64,000 nt of DNA from Comamonadaceae bacterium (GCA_947446885.1 CANFHZ010000001.1:11806-75805); one strand, 5' to 3'. Counted from the first letter of the stretch, positions 18,542 through 29,224 are shown. Translations and numbers: made by a program. Notes: generated by a model not told the origin, from the letters alone.

Positions 18542-20326
18542 TCAGGCGTTGAACTGCAAAGCCGCCAGCCCGGCGTACACGCCGCCCTGGGCGACCAGCT
18601 CGGTGTGCGTGCCTTGTTCCACCAAACGGCCCCGGTCGATCACCACGATGTGGTCGGCTTTTTGCACCGTTGCCAGACGGTGGGCGATAACCAGCGTGGT
18701 GCGGTTGCGCATGGCCGACTCCAGCGCCGCCTGAACCATGCGTTCGCTCTCTGCGTCTAACGCGCTGGTGGCCTCGTCTAGCAGCAGCAGCGGCGGATTC
18801 TTGAGCATGGCGCGGGCAATCGCGATGCGCTGGCGCTGCCCGCCGGAGAGGCGGATACCGCGCTCACCCAAAAAAGTGTCGTAGCCCTGCGGCAGCTCGC
18901 GGATAAAGGCGTCGGCAAATGCCGCTTGCGCGGCGGCGTGGACCTCGGCATCGCTGGCCCGGGGCTTGCCGTAGCGGATGTTTTCCAGCGCACTGGTGGA
19001 AAAAATCACCGGATCTTGCGGCACGATGCCCACGCGCTCGCGCAGGTCTTCCAGCGCCATGTCCTGGCAGGGCACGCCGTCGATGGTGATGCTGCCGCTT
19101 TGCGGGTCGTACATGCGCAGCAGCAGCTGGAAGACAGTGGTCTTGCCCGCGCCGCTGGGGCCCACGATGGCCACGGTCTGGCCGGGTTGCACGTCCAGTG
19201 TGAAATTGCTCAGCGCGTTCTGCAGGGGCCGCGACGGGTAATGAAAACCGACGTTTTCCATGCTGACTGCGCTGCCTGCAGCGGGCAGCGCCGCAGGCCG
19301 AGGAGCTGCAGGCGAGCGGATGCTGGAGCGCGAGTGCAGCAGTTCGACGAGCCGCTCTGTGGCGCCTGCCGCACGCAGTAAGTCGCCGTAGACTTCGCCA
19401 AGCACGGCAAAGGCACTTGCCAGAATGATGACGTAGACCACGGTCTGTCCCAGGTCGCCTGCGGTGATGGTGCCTGCCGCCACCGCCTGCGTGCCCTGGT
19501 ACAGGCCCCACAAGAGTGCCGCCGAGGTGGCGACGATGATGAAAGCCACTAGCGCAGCCCGTGCCATGCTGCGCCGCACCGCGGTCTCGAATGCGCGGGT
19601 GGTGGAGTCGGCGAAGCGGCTGGCCTCGCGCCCTTGCGCGTTGTAGCTTTGCACGACGGGAATCGCATTGAGAACTTCGGCGGCGATGGCGCTGGCATCG
19701 GCTACCCGGTCCTGGCTGGCACGCGAGAGCCGCCGCACCCGACGGCCAAACCAGACGCTGGGCGCGATGATGGCCAAGAGCACCGCCAGCACCTGCAGCA
19801 TCACCACCGGGTTCGCATAAATCAGCATGCCCAAGGCGCCTATGCCCATCACCAGGTTGCGCAAGCCCATGCTCAGCGAGGAGCCGACCACGGTTTGCAC
19901 CAAGGTGGTGTCGGCGGACAGGCGAGAGAGCACCTCGCCGGTTTGGGTGGTCTCAAAAAATTCCGGGCTTTGGTTCAGCACGTGGCTGTAGACCGCGTTG
20001 CGCAAATCGGCTGTGACGCGCTCACCCAGCCAGCTCACCATGTAAAAACGCCCCGCCGACAACACGCCCAAAGCGGTGGCCAGCGCAAACAGATTCACAA
20101 AATGGCTTTGCACAGCGGCCACCTGCCCGCCGCTGCCCGCCGCCGCAATGCCCCCGTCAATCAGGCTGCGCAGCGCCAGCGGGAAGGCCAGCGTGGCGGC
20201 TGCGGTGGCCAGCAAAAAGAACAGCGCCACCGCTATGCGCAGGCGGTAGGGTTTCAAAAAAGGCAGCAAACCGCCCAAGGACGTGGGCGGCGCAGTGGCG
20301 CGGGCAGTGGCGAGAGGAGGAGGCAT
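18542..20326 (-). CDS. ABC exporter, fused TMD-NBD (MsbA-like)
   Basis: Six-TM N-terminal domain, Walker A GPSGAGKT, signature LSGGQRQR and Walker B LLLLDEATSALD. Confidence 0.93.
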   Translation of the reverse strand: MPPPLATARATAPPTSLGGLLPFLKPYRLRIAVALFFLLATAAATLAFPLALRSLIDGGIAAAGSGGQVAAVQSHFVNLFALATALGVLSAGRFYMVSWLGERVTADLRNAVYSHVLNQSPEFFETTQTGEVLSRLSADTTLVQTVVGSSLSMGLRNLVMGIGALGMLIYANPVVMLQVLAVLLAIIAPSVWFGRRVRRLSRASQDRVADASAIAAEVLNAIPVVQSYNAQGREASRFADSTTRAFETAVRRSMARAALVAFIIVATSAALLWGLYQGTQAVAAGTITAGDLGQTVVYVIILASAFAVLGEVYGDLLRAAGATERLVELLHSRSSIRSPAAPRPAALPAAGSAVSMENVGFHYPSRPLQNALSNFTLDVQPGQTVAIVGPSGAGKTTVFQLLLRMYDPQSGSITIDGVPCQDMALEDLRERVGIVPQDPVIFSTSALENIRYGKPRASDAEVHAAAQAAFADAFIRELPQGYDTFLGERGIRLSGGQRQRIAIARAMLKNPPLLLLDEATSALDAESERMVQAALESAMRNRTTLVIAHRLATVQKADHIVVIDRGRLVEQGTHTELVAQGGVYAGLAALQFNA

Positions 20327-20417
20327 ATGGGGCGTCGTCGGGAAACAAAGTCAGCGCAAAGGGCACACTGCGCGCACAGGTGAACCGTGCAGCCGCTTGG
20401 TGATAATGGTCGCACAA

Positions 20418-20434
20418 ACAGGGCAACACCCTGT
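20418..20434. promoter_or_regulatory. Inverted repeat (candidate operator) in the parA / ABC exporter divergent region
   Basis: ACAGGG-CAACA-CCCTGT, just downstream of a -10-like GATAAT (20402-20407). Confidence 0.35.
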
Positions 20435-20478
20435 AAAGCGCGTGAAAACTGAGTTTGGCAAACCAAGGAGACTTCCCC

Positions 20479-21102
20479 ATGATTGTGGCTTCATTTATCG
20501 GTCAAAAAGGTGGCGTGGGAAAAAGTGCTCTGGCCCGGGTGCTGGCGGTGGCGGCGGCGCACCGGGGTCAGAGCGTGCTGATTGGCGACTTTGACCTGGA
20601 ACAGCTGTCCTGCGTGGAATGGGCTGCGACCCGCATGGCCGCCGGTATCGAGCCCGAAGTCGAGGCCCGCGCCGCCAAAAGCATCAAGAAGCTGCGTCGG
20701 GCGGCAGAGGGTTATGACCTGCTGGTGGTCGACACGCGGGGTCTGGCTGACGAGCTGACCACCGATGTGGCGCGCGAAAGCGACGTGGTGTTTTTGCCCA
20801 CCGGCACCTCGATGGATGATTTGCGCCCCACGCTCGGTCTGGCCAAGCGCCTGGCGCGCTTGCGCGATACGGGTGAAAAAATCGTGCTGGTGCTTTCCAA
20901 GACCGGCCGCTCCGAGCGCTTGGTCGACAGTGCGCTGGCGCTGATTGAAGAGTCGGGCTTTTCCTGCCTGAGTGTGCACTGGCCGCAGCGCGATGGCTTC
21001 CAAGCCGACCTGGACGCCGGGCGCGCAGGCAGCGAATCCAGCAACCCTTACCTCAAGCAAGCCGCCGCCGAGATCGAAGCGGCCATGCTGGCCTGCCTGT
21101 AA
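20479..21102 (+). CDS. parA: Short ParA family ATPase (orphan, ParF/type Ib-like)
   Basis: Deviant Walker A QKGGVGKS, GDFDLEQ (Walker A') and LLVVDTRG (Walker B). No N-terminal HTH. RBS AAGGAG upstream of ATG 20479. Confidence 0.85.
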   Translation: MIVASFIGQKGGVGKSALARVLAVAAAHRGQSVLIGDFDLEQLSCVEWAATRMAAGIEPEVEARAAKSIKKLRRAAEGYDLLVVDTRGLADELTTDVARESDVVFLPTGTSMDDLRPTLGLAKRLARLRDTGEKIVLVLSKTGRSERLVDSALALIEESGFSCLSVHWPQRDGFQADLDAGRAGSESSNPYLKQAAAEIEAAMLACL

Positions 21103-21114
21103 GCGGCGCCGGGC

Positions 21115-22086
21115 TCAGGCCTGCGCGTTCTGCGCCATGGCCTGCTCTACGGCGCGCAGCACCTGCTGCGCAGCATCTTCCGCTTGACAATCCACCACCT
21201 GGCGCTGCGCCATGGAACGCAGCCAGGTGATTTGCCGCTTGGCCAGCTGCCGGGTCGCTGCTATGCCGCGCTCACGCAGGCTGTCCATTCCAGCCAGACC
21301 ATCCAGGGCTTCCCAGGCCTGGCGGTAACCCACGCAGCGCATCGATGGCAGCTCTGCATGCAAGTCGCCGCGCGCGCGCAAGGCTCGCACCTCTTCCAGA
21401 AATCCTGCAGCCAGCATGGCGTCAAAACGCTGCGCAATGCGTGCGTGCAACCAGGCACGGTCGTGCGGCTCTAGCGTAATCAGCGGCACCGCCGATAGCG
21501 CGGGTTCTCCGCTGCGGGCATGGAAGTGCGACAGCGGCAGACCGCTGGCGCGGTAGACCTCCAACGCGCGCTGTATGCGCTGGCCATCCGCCGGGGCCAG
21601 GCGGGCGGCGGTGGCCGGATCCACCCGTGCCAGCTCGGTGTGCAAGGCAGGCCAACCTTCCAGCTGGGCCTGCGCTTCGATGGCGGCGCGCAGCGCGGGC
21701 TGCGCAGGGGGCATGGGGTCTATGCCGTCGAACAAGGCCTTGAAATACAGCATGGTGCCGCCGACCAGTAGCGGCAGGCGGCCCCGCGCCGTGATCTGGT
21801 GGATCAGGCGATGCGCGTCCTGCACGAATTCGGCTGCGCTGTAGGCCTGCAGCGGGTCGCGGATGTTGACCAGATGGTGCGGCACCGCGGCCAGCTCGGT
21901 GGCACTGGGTTTGGCCGTACCAATATCCATGCTGCGGTACACCAGCGCCGAGTCCACGCTGATGATTTCCACCGGATGGGCGCGGGCGATGGCCAGCGCA
22001 GCGGCCGTTTTGCCGCTGGCCGTGGGGCCGGCCAGGCAGACGTACAAGGGCAGGGGCGGTGCCGAATCCGGCCTGGACGTGGGCAC
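21115..22086 (-). CDS. miaA: tRNA dimethylallyltransferase
   Basis: [36 protein letters not shown] and [11 protein letters not shown]. The GTG start overlaps the mutL stop. Confidence 0.95.
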   Translation of the reverse strand: MPTSRPDSAPPLPLYVCLAGPTASGKTAAALAIARAHPVEIISVDSALVYRSMDIGTAKPSATELAAVPHHLVNIRDPLQAYSAAEFVQDAHRLIHQITARGRLPLLVGGTMLYFKALFDGIDPMPPAQPALRAAIEAQAQLEGWPALHTELARVDPATAARLAPADGQRIQRALEVYRASGLPLSHFHARSGEPALSAVPLITLEPHDRAWLHARIAQRFDAMLAAGFLEEVRALRARGDLHAELPSMRCVGYRQAWEALDGLAGMDSLRERGIAATRQLAKRQITWLRSMAQRQVVDCQAEDAAQQVLRAVEQAMAQNAQA

Positions 22087-24017
22087 TAGCGCCCCCGCAT
22101 GAACAGCCGGTCGAGTTCGGCCACGCTGACCTGCCGCCAGGTTGGGCGGCCATGGTTGCATTGGTCGCTGCGTTCGGTGGCTTCCATCTGGCGCAAGAGC
22201 GCGTTCATCTCGTCGATGTTCAAGCGCCGGTTGGCGCGCACCGCGCCGTGGCAGGCCATGGTGGAGAGGATTTCATTGTGTGCACGCTGGATCACGGTGC
22301 TGGCTTCGTGCTGCGCCAGCTCGGCGAGCACGCTGCGCGCCAACTCCACCGCGTCGCCCTGCGCCAGCGTGGCCGGGACTGCGCGCACGGCCAGGGTTTT
22401 GGCCGAGAAAGCGGCCACGTCCAGGCCCAGGGTCTGCAAGGCCTCGGCATAGGTGTGCGCCGTGTCAATCTCCAGAGGGGTCGCCGCGAAGGTCAGGGGC
22501 AGGAGCAGCGGCTGGCTGGCAATGGTGCGTGCGGTGCCTTCTTGCAACTGGGTTTTGAGCCGCTCGTAGACGATGCGCTCGTGGGCTGCGTGCATGTCAA
22601 CCACGACCAGGCCCTGCGTGTTTTCGGCCAGGATGTAAATGCCCTGCAATTGCGCCAACGCCCGGCCCAGCGGCCAGTCCTCGGGCGGTGCGCGGTCTGG
22701 TCGCTGCTGCGCAAGCGCTTGGGGCGCCGAGCCCACATTCGGGCCCGCAGGCGCCGGTTGCCATAGTGCGCCTAGTTCGCGCACCGGCATGCCGGGTCGG
22801 GTGTCGCGCCATGGCGCGGACTGCGGGGCCGGGTTCCAGGCGGGCGGGGTGGCTTCGGCGGCCCGCAAAGCCATCGGTGTCTGGGTGGAATAGAGTGGTC
22901 GGGCCGGTTCTGTCTGCCCGTTCAAGCGCAAGCCGTCTTCGCGCGGCGACACAGCCTCGGCGCTGGCTGCGCGTGGGGCCGCCAGCGCGGCCTCCACGGC
23001 GTGGCGGATGGCCTGGTGGACTTCCCGGCTGTCGCGAAAACGGACTTCGATTTTGGTGGGGTGTACGTTCACGTCCACCCGCGTCGGCTCTATCGCCAGG
23101 TACAGCGCGTAGACCGGCTGGCGCTGGCCGTGCAGCACGTCTTCAAACGCGCTGCGGGCGGCGTGGCTGAGCACTTTGTCGCGGACAAAGCGGCCGTTCA
23201 CATAGGCAAATTGCTGGTCGGCACGGGCCCGGGCGGCGTCCGGAATGCCGACCCGGCCCCAGACCCGCAGGCGGTACGCGTCGGCGGTCTCCGCGTCGCC
23301 GCTGGTCCATTCCACCGCCAGCGAGCGCGCCAGAAAATCTGCACCCAGCACGTCGCCCAGGCGCTGGTCCAGGCTGGTTTGGGCTGCCTGCGCGTCCGTG
23401 CAGCGGCGCCACTGTTCAAGCAGCTTGCCTTCGTGCCAGATCGCAAAACCCACGTCCGGGCGGGCCAGCGCATGGCGGCGCACGGCTTCGATGCAATGGG
23501 CCAGCTCGGTAGCGTCGGTCTTGAGGAATTTGCGCCGCGCCGGGGTGCTATAAAAAAGTTCCTTGACCTCCACCGTCGTGCCGGGGGCGCGGGCCACGGG
23601 GCGTAGCTCGCCGGTGCGCCCGTCCAGCATGAAAGCCTGGGCATCGGCAGTGCGCGAGAGGATGGCGCAATCGGCAATCGCGTTGATGGCGGCCAGCGCC
23701 TCGCCCCGAAAACCCATGGTCGCTACCGACTCCAGATCTTCCAGGCTGCCGATCTTGCTGGTGGCGTGGCGTTTAAAGGCAATGGGTAGTTCATCCGCCG
23801 GAATGCCCACGCCGTCGTCTTCCACCGCAATCAGCCGCACCCCGCCCGCCAAAAGCCGGACTGTGATCTGGCGGGCCTGGGCGTCGAGCGCGTTGTCGAC
23901 CAGTTCGCGCACCACCGAGGCCGGGCGTTCCACAACCTCACCGGCCGCAATCTGGCTGATCAGGGTGTCAGGCAGTTCCCGGATGGGGCGGCGCGGTGGG
24001 GAGATGGGCGGGTTCAC
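22086..24017 (-). CDS. mutL: DNA mismatch repair protein MutL (with C-terminal endonuclease motifs)
   Basis: [21 protein letters not shown] and GFRGEAL (GHKL ATPase). [17 protein letters not shown] and CNHGRPT metal-binding motifs. Confidence 0.97.
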   Translation of the reverse strand: MNPPISPPRRPIRELPDTLISQIAAGEVVERPASVVRELVDNALDAQARQITVRLLAGGVRLIAVEDDGVGIPADELPIAFKRHATSKIGSLEDLESVATMGFRGEALAAINAIADCAILSRTADAQAFMLDGRTGELRPVARAPGTTVEVKELFYSTPARRKFLKTDATELAHCIEAVRRHALARPDVGFAIWHEGKLLEQWRRCTDAQAAQTSLDQRLGDVLGADFLARSLAVEWTSGDAETADAYRLRVWGRVGIPDAARARADQQFAYVNGRFVRDKVLSHAARSAFEDVLHGQRQPVYALYLAIEPTRVDVNVHPTKIEVRFRDSREVHQAIRHAVEAALAAPRAASAEAVSPREDGLRLNGQTEPARPLYSTQTPMALRAAEATPPAWNPAPQSAPWRDTRPGMPVRELGALWQPAPAGPNVGSAPQALAQQRPDRAPPEDWPLGRALAQLQGIYILAENTQGLVVVDMHAAHERIVYERLKTQLQEGTARTIASQPLLLPLTFAATPLEIDTAHTYAEALQTLGLDVAAFSAKTLAVRAVPATLAQGDAVELARSVLAELAQHEASTVIQRAHNEILSTMACHGAVRANRRLNIDEMNALLRQMEATERSDQCNHGRPTWRQVSVAELDRLFMRGR

Positions 24018-24140
24018 CGGAGCATTTTAGGTGTCGCTCCCTTGCCGCCGCGTGGGCGGATGCGGGCTGGTGCAGACCACGCAGCACCCCAAGTGGGCGC
24101 GTATCGCGCCACAAGGCTTATTGCGTGCAAAGTTCATAGC

Positions 24141-24195
24141 TTGTTTTAAAAATAAGGAAAATCTATATTTTGTACAATTAAATTGCTCAAAAAAT
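24141..24195. promoter_or_regulatory. AT-rich regulatory region upstream of leuA
   Basis: 24141-24180 has 6 G+C in 40 nt by hand count. Contains the palindrome AAAAT-CTAT-ATTTT (24158-24171) and TACAAT (24173-24178). Confidence 0.5.
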
Positions 24196-24281
24196 CGCGT
24201 TTGCACACAATAAGCAATTATCTGGCGCGGCCGGCTGCGTACACTGCGTAACACCGCAATTTCTATAGCCTCAAGGTTTCT

Positions 24282-25991
24282 ATGCTCCACAACCCGTCCA
24301 CCAAGTACCGCGCCTTCCCGCCCGTCGATTTGCCCGACCGCCAATGGCCAGGCCGCACCATCACCGCGCCACCGGTCTGGATGAGCACCGACCTGCGTGA
24401 CGGCAACCAGTCGCTGTTTGAGCCCATGAACCTGGAGCGCAAGCTGCGCATGTTCCGCAGCGTCTGCCAGATTGGCTTCAAAGAGATTGAGGTCGGCTTT
24501 CCCAGCGCTTCGCAAACCGACTTTGACTTTGTGCGCAAGCTGGTGGACGACAAGCTGATTCCGCAGGACGTGACTATCGAGGTCTTGACCCAGGCGCGCG
24601 AGCACCTGATCCGCCGCACATTTGAGTCCGTCGCCGGTGCGCGGCGCGTGATCATGCACGTCTACAACGCTACTGCGCCGCTGTTCCGCGACGTGGTTTT
24701 CAACATGAGCAAGGCCGAGGTGGTGCAACTCGCTGTGGATTCGGTGACGCTCATCAAAGAACTGGCACAGGCGCATCCGCAAACCGAGTGGGTCTTGCAA
24801 TACAGCCCGGAACTGTTTACTTCGACCGAGCTGGAATTTGCCAAAGAGGTCTGCGACGCCGTCACGGCAGTCTGGGGTGCGACCCCGGATAACAAAGTCA
24901 TTCTCAATTTGCCCGCTACGGTCGAGGTGGCCACGCCGAACATCTACGCCGACCAGGTGGAGTGGATGCACCGCAACCTGGCGCGGCGCGACAGCGTGAT
25001 CATCAGCCTGCACCCGCACAACGACCGGGGCACGGCGGTGGCCGCCGCCGAACTGGGCATCATGGCCGGTGCAGACCGGGTGGAAGGCTGCCTGTTCGGC
25101 AACGGCGAGCGCACCGGCAATGTGGACATCGTCACCCTGGCGCTCAACCTCTATACCCAGGGTGTGAATCCGGGGCTGGACTTCTCGGACATCAACGCCG
25201 TGGCCCGCACCGTGGAACATTGCAACCAGCTGCCCATCCACCCGCGCCACCCCTATGTGGGCGATTTGGTTTTCACCGCCTTCAGCGGCTCGCACCAGGA
25301 CGCCATCAAAAAAGGCTTTGCGGTGCTGGACAAAAAAGGCCTGTGGAATGTGCCGTACCTGCCCATAGACCCGGCCGATGTGGGCCGCACCTACGACTCC
25401 ATCATCCGCGTCAACAGCCAGTCGGGCAAAGGCGGCGTGGCCTACTTGATGGAAGCCGAATTCGGCGTGGTCATGCCCCGGCGTTTGCAGGTGGAGTTTT
25501 CGGGCGAGGTGCAGGCCTACACCGACAGCCATGGCGGCGAGATGACGGCGCAGGCCATCTGGGATTTGTTCGCCGCCACCTACCTGGACACCACCGCACC
25601 GCTGCACTACGTCGAACACAACCTGACCGACCACCCGCACAACACCAGCGGCCAGGGCATACGCCTGGTGGTGGAAGCAGCCGGTGTGCGCCACGTGCTC
25701 AAAGGCCACGGCAACGGCCCCATCGACGCGGCGGTGCAAGCGCTGCAAACCCTGGGTGTGCGCGTGCAGGTGCGCAACTTCGAGGAACGTTCCACCAAAG
25801 CCAGCGAAGAAGCCGGCGAAGCGCAGGCCTGCGCCTTCATGGAATTGGCGACGGTGGGCAGCGACAAGCTTGAGCGCTTCGGTGTAGGACTGGATACGAA
25901 CATCGTGACTGCGTCGATCAAGGCGCTGGTGAGCGGGGTGAACCGCTTGGGGGTGGGCGTTCAGGCACCTGTTGCTGCGTTGGCGGCTTGA
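24282..25991 (+). CDS. leuA: 2-isopropylmalate synthase (LeuA type 2, yeast/mycobacterial-like)
   Basis: [54 protein letters not shown] and the regulatory-domain motif GNGPIDA. Confidence 0.95.
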   Translation: MLHNPSTKYRAFPPVDLPDRQWPGRTITAPPVWMSTDLRDGNQSLFEPMNLERKLRMFRSVCQIGFKEIEVGFPSASQTDFDFVRKLVDDKLIPQDVTIEVLTQAREHLIRRTFESVAGARRVIMHVYNATAPLFRDVVFNMSKAEVVQLAVDSVTLIKELAQAHPQTEWVLQYSPELFTSTELEFAKEVCDAVTAVWGATPDNKVILNLPATVEVATPNIYADQVEWMHRNLARRDSVIISLHPHNDRGTAVAAAELGIMAGADRVEGCLFGNGERTGNVDIVTLALNLYTQGVNPGLDFSDINAVARTVEHCNQLPIHPRHPYVGDLVFTAFSGSHQDAIKKGFAVLDKKGLWNVPYLPIDPADVGRTYDSIIRVNSQSGKGGVAYLMEAEFGVVMPRRLQVEFSGEVQAYTDSHGGEMTAQAIWDLFAATYLDTTAPLHYVEHNLTDHPHNTSGQGIRLVVEAAGVRHVLKGHGNGPIDAAVQALQTLGVRVQVRNFEERSTKASEEAGEAQACAFMELATVGSDKLERFGVGLDTNIVTASIKALVSGVNRLGVGVQAPVAALAA

Positions 25992-26014
25992 GGGCTTGCT
26001 TGAGAAAACGGGCT

Positions 26015-26043
26015 TTGACATAGTTATTACTTAGTAATAACAT
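26015..26043 (+). promoter_or_regulatory. Sigma70 promoter of the TA operon with a palindromic operator
   Basis: TTGACA (26015-26020), 17-bp spacer, TAACAT (26038-26043). Perfect inverted repeat GTTATTACT-T-AGTAATAAC (26023-26041) covers the spacer and the -10. Confidence 0.8.
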
Positions 26044-26077
26044 CCTGCATGCCAAACAGCCAATTCAAGCCCAGCCC

Positions 26078-26326
26078 ATGCACGTCTCCATCCGCCCCTT
26101 CGGCAACTCCCGTGGAATTGTGATTCCCAAGCCCATGCTCGTTCAGCTGGGTCTGGAGGGCGAAGCCGATCTGACAGTCGAGAATGGCGCGCTGGTGATC
26201 CGCAAACCTGCACTCCCAGCGCGCGCGGGTTGGGCGGATGCCGCCAAAGCGGTGGCACTCGCGCATGAAGATGAGCTCTTACTGGGCGAATTTGCCAACG
26301 GGGGCGACGAGGATCTGGCGTGGTGA
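26078..26326 (+). CDS. mazE: AbrB/MazE-type antitoxin
   Basis: 82 aa with FGNSRGIVIPKPML (AbrB swapped-hairpin) and an acidic C-terminus. GTGA overlap with the toxin gene. Confidence 0.9.
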   Translation: MHVSIRPFGNSRGIVIPKPMLVQLGLEGEADLTVENGALVIRKPALPARAGWADAAKAVALAHEDELLLGEFANGGDEDLAW

Positions 26327-26640
26327 CGCGGGGGGATGTGTGGCTGGTCAACCTGGACCCCACCGTGGGCAGCGAAATCCGCAAATCGCGCCCCTGCGTG
26401 GTGCTTTCCCCGCCCGAGCTGCATGACCATCTTAAGACCGTCATCATTGCGCCCATGACATCCCAGGGTTTCCAGGCACCTTTTCGGGTGCCCCTCAAGT
26501 TCCAGGGCACTTCGGGTCTGCTGGTCTTGGATCAAATCCGCAGCGTCGATAAGCTGCGCCTGGTCAAAAAGCTGGGTAGCGTCCAAGCCGCAAGCCTGAA
26601 AGCTGCTCTGCGAACCATGCGCGAGATGTTTGAGACCTGA
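26323..26640 (+). CDS. mazF: PemK/MazF endoribonuclease toxin
   Basis: RGDVWLVNLDPTVGSEIRKSRPCVVLSP, IAPMTS and LDQIRSVDKLRL. Confidence 0.92.
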   Translation: MTRGDVWLVNLDPTVGSEIRKSRPCVVLSPPELHDHLKTVIIAPMTSQGFQAPFRVPLKFQGTSGLLVLDQIRSVDKLRLVKKLGSVQAASLKAALRTMREMFET

Positions 26641-26669
26641 AGCCCAGCGGGCGCTGATAATCCCGCGCC

Positions 26670-27296
26670 ATGGACTTTCTCTTTTTGCTCGCCTTTGTGG
26701 CGGCCATCGCCGCCCAGTGGCGCAAAGCGCAGGAGCATCGGCAGCGGGTGCTTTTTTTGGCGGGCTATCTCCGTAGCTACCAAATTGAGAAGCTGATGGA
26801 AACCCTGTCCACCGGCTATTTGCGGGCGCTGGGTGAGAAAGATGCCGAGCGCGCGCAGTCGGTCTGGAACACGCTGGCTTTGTCCGAAGTGCAGCTCGAC
26901 GAGCAGTTCAAACGCTTTGCCAATGAGCTGGCCAGTGCTGAGGAGGCCGCCAGCCGGGTCAGCCGCCTGGCCATGGACCTGCCTTTTGTGCGCCAGTGGT
27001 TCCCGTCCACCACCTTTGACCTGCGCCGCCTCATGCGTATCCACGCCCAGGGCATATCCAGCACCTTGGTCAATGCGGCTGAACTCTCGCAGCGCGACCG
27101 CGCCTACCAACTTTGCGCCGAAATGTTTTTGATGCAGCACAGCTGCCACTGGTTTTGTAATGCCCGCATGGTGGCTTCCGCCCGCCTGCTGGCCCGCCAC
27201 CAAACCCGCTACGACCAGGTCCTGGCCAGCGTGGGCGAGGGCACCCGCGCCGCCTACAGCGCGCTTGTGGCGGGGTGGACGCCTACCCTGGGGTGA
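26670..27296 (+). CDS. Hypothetical protein with an N-terminal membrane anchor
   Basis: 208-aa ORF with host-like codon usage, an N-terminal hydrophobic helix and a -10-like GATAAT upstream. No family recognised. Confidence 0.7.
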   Translation: MDFLFLLAFVAAIAAQWRKAQEHRQRVLFLAGYLRSYQIEKLMETLSTGYLRALGEKDAERAQSVWNTLALSEVQLDEQFKRFANELASAEEAASRVSRLAMDLPFVRQWFPSTTFDLRRLMRIHAQGISSTLVNAAELSQRDRAYQLCAEMFLMQHSCHWFCNARMVASARLLARHQTRYDQVLASVGEGTRAAYSALVAGWTPTLG

Positions 27297-28116
27297 GGCG
27301 ACCGCCCGAACACCGGGCAATCCCTGCGAGATCACGCCGTGATTCCACCTGCTTAAAGCCCACCTGCGTCAACAGCGCGCAGACCGCATGCGCCTGCTTG
27401 TATCCGTGCTCCAGCATCAGCCAAGCCCCCGGGTGCAGGTGCTGCGGTGCCTTGGCGATGATGGTGCGGATGGCGTCCAGACCGTCGCGCCCGCTGCTCA
27501 GGGCCATTGCAGGCTCGCATCGCAGATCGTCCAAATGCGGGTCGCCGTCGGCCACGTAAGGCGGGTTGGAAACGATGGCGTGGAACTTCCCCTGCGCACC
27601 GTTTAGCCAGTCGCCCTGCGTGAACTGCACGGGCAGACCCAGCCGCCGTGCGTTTGCTTGCGCCACATCCAGCGCGTCAACGCTGTGGTCTAGCGCGTGC
27701 ACCTCCCAGGCCGGACGTTGGTGTTGCAGCGCCAGCGCGACTGCACCGCTGCCGGTGCCCAGATCCAGCACCCGCTGCGGCGCGGCAGGCAGGACTTCAA
27801 GCGCCCAATCGACCAGCGTCTCGGTATCAGCGCGGGGATCGAGCACGCGGGCGTCGACCAGCAGGTCCAGCCCGTAAAAGGCTTTTTGGCCGGTGATGTA
27901 GGCCAGCGGTTCGCCACCGAGCCGCCTGCTTAAGACGGCTTGCCATCGCGCCAGGGCATCGGGCGGCAACACGTCGGTGTCATGGGCGATCAACCAGGCG
28001 CGGTCGTGTGGCTTGCGATCCAGGGCGTGCAGCAGCAAGAGCTGGGCGTCAATCCGCTCCAGACCCGCAGCCTGCGCCTGGGCGAGCGCGTCCGCCACAG
28101 TCTTTGCTGCGTTCAT
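27283..28116 (-). CDS. prmC: Release factor glutamine methyltransferase
   Basis: GEPLAYITG, PRADTETLVD, VLDLGTGSG and SNPPY. Follows prfA. Confidence 0.95.
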   Translation of the reverse strand: MNAAKTVADALAQAQAAGLERIDAQLLLLHALDRKPHDRAWLIAHDTDVLPPDALARWQAVLSRRLGGEPLAYITGQKAFYGLDLLVDARVLDPRADTETLVDWALEVLPAAPQRVLDLGTGSGAVALALQHQRPAWEVHALDHSVDALDVAQANARRLGLPVQFTQGDWLNGAQGKFHAIVSNPPYVADGDPHLDDLRCEPAMALSSGRDGLDAIRTIIAKAPQHLHPGAWLMLEHGYKQAHAVCALLTQVGFKQVESRRDLAGIARCSGGRLTPG

Positions 28117-28129
28117 GTTCGGCTGGGGT

Positions 28130-29224
28130 TCACGCACCGACTTCCAGCGCGGCCAGTTGCTGCGCCGCCTCATAGGCCTGCAGCGCAGCGACCACATCGC
28201 CCAGATCGCCCTCCATGATGCCCAGCAGCTTGTAGAGCGTGAGGTTGATGCGGTGGTCGGTCAGCCGGCCCTGTGGAAAGTTGTAGGTGCGGATGCGGTC
28301 GCTGCGGTCGCCGGTGCCGACCAGACTTTTTCGCTCGGCAGCGTCTTTGGCGGCACGTTCGCTGCGGTCTTTTTCCTGGATGCGCGCGGTGAGTACGCGC
28401 AAGGCCTGCGCCTTGTTGCTGTGCTGGCTGCGCCCGTCCTGGCATTCGGCGACGATGCCGGTGGGCAGGTGGGTAATGCGCACGGCAGAGTCGGTTTTGT
28501 TGATGTGCTGGCCGCCCGCACCGCTGGCCCGGAAGGTGTCGATGCGCAGGTCCGACGGGTTGATCTTGATGGCCTCGGCTTCGTCCGGCTCGGCCAGCAC
28601 GGCCACGGTGCAGGCGCTGGTATGGATGCGACCCTGGGTTTCGGTGGCAGGCACGCGCTGAACCCGGTGGCCGCCAGACTCGAACTTGAGCGTGCCGTAA
28701 GCGTTGTGCGCCTCGACCCGTATCACCACCTCTTTGTAGCCGCCGAGTTCGCTGGCCGACTCGCTGATGACTTCGACCTTCCAGCCCAGACTGTCGCAGT
28801 AGCGGGTGTACATGCGCAGCAGATCGCCCGCAAACAGGGCCGATTCGTCGCCGCCCGTGCCTGCGCGGATTTCCACAAAGGCGTTGCGCGCATCGTCCGG
28901 GTCTTTGGGCAGCAGCATGCGCTGGAGTTCGGCCTCCAGCTCCGCCATCTCGGCCCCGGCGCTGTCGATTTCTTCTTGCGCCATGGTCTGCATGTCAGCG
29001 TCCGCTGCGGCGTCGCGCAGCATGTCTTGCGCCGCCGCCAGATCGGCCTCGCGCTGTAGGTAACGTTGCCAACGGCTGGCCACCGCCGCCACCTCGGTGT
29101 GCTCGCGCGAGAGCGCCAGGAACTGCGCCATGTCTTGCATGATGTCTTCGCGGGATAGCAAAAATTCCAACTCCCCCAGACGGTCGGCGTATTTGGCGAG
29201 CTGTTGGCGCAAAAAAGGTTTCAT
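28130..29224 (-). CDS. prfA: Peptide chain release factor 1
   Basis: [20 protein letters not shown] (PxT), [13 protein letters not shown] and [11 protein letters not shown]. Confidence 0.97.
   Translation of the reverse strand: MKPFLRQQLAKYADRLGELEFLLSREDIMQDMAQFLALSREHTEVAAVASRWQRYLQREADLAAAQDMLRDAAADADMQTMAQEEIDSAGAEMAELEAELQRMLLPKDPDDARNAFVEIRAGTGGDESALFAGDLLRMYTRYCDSLGWKVEVISESASELGGYKEVVIRVEAHNAYGTLKFESGGHRVQRVPATETQGRIHTSACTVAVLAEPDEAEAIKINPSDLRIDTFRASGAGGQHINKTDSAVRITHLPTGIVAECQDGRSQHSNKAQALRVLTARIQEKDRSERAAKDAAERKSLVGTGDRSDRIRTYNFPQGRLTDHRINLTLYKLLGIMEGDLGDVVAALQAYEAAQQLAALEVGA

Noticed and set aside
22086-24017. MutL endonuclease motifs as a novelty
   Set aside because: MutH-independent MutL is the norm outside some Gammaproteobacteria.
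24183-24251. Short TTG-started ORF (LLKKSRLHTISNYLARPAAYTA) upstream of leuA as a possible attenuator peptide
   Set aside because: No run of Leu codons, no RBS and no downstream terminator/antiterminator pair.
24027-26021. 664-aa minus-strand ORF antisense to leuA
   Set aside because: Shadow ORF of a high-GC gene. No recognisable motifs, and it fully overlaps a confident CDS.
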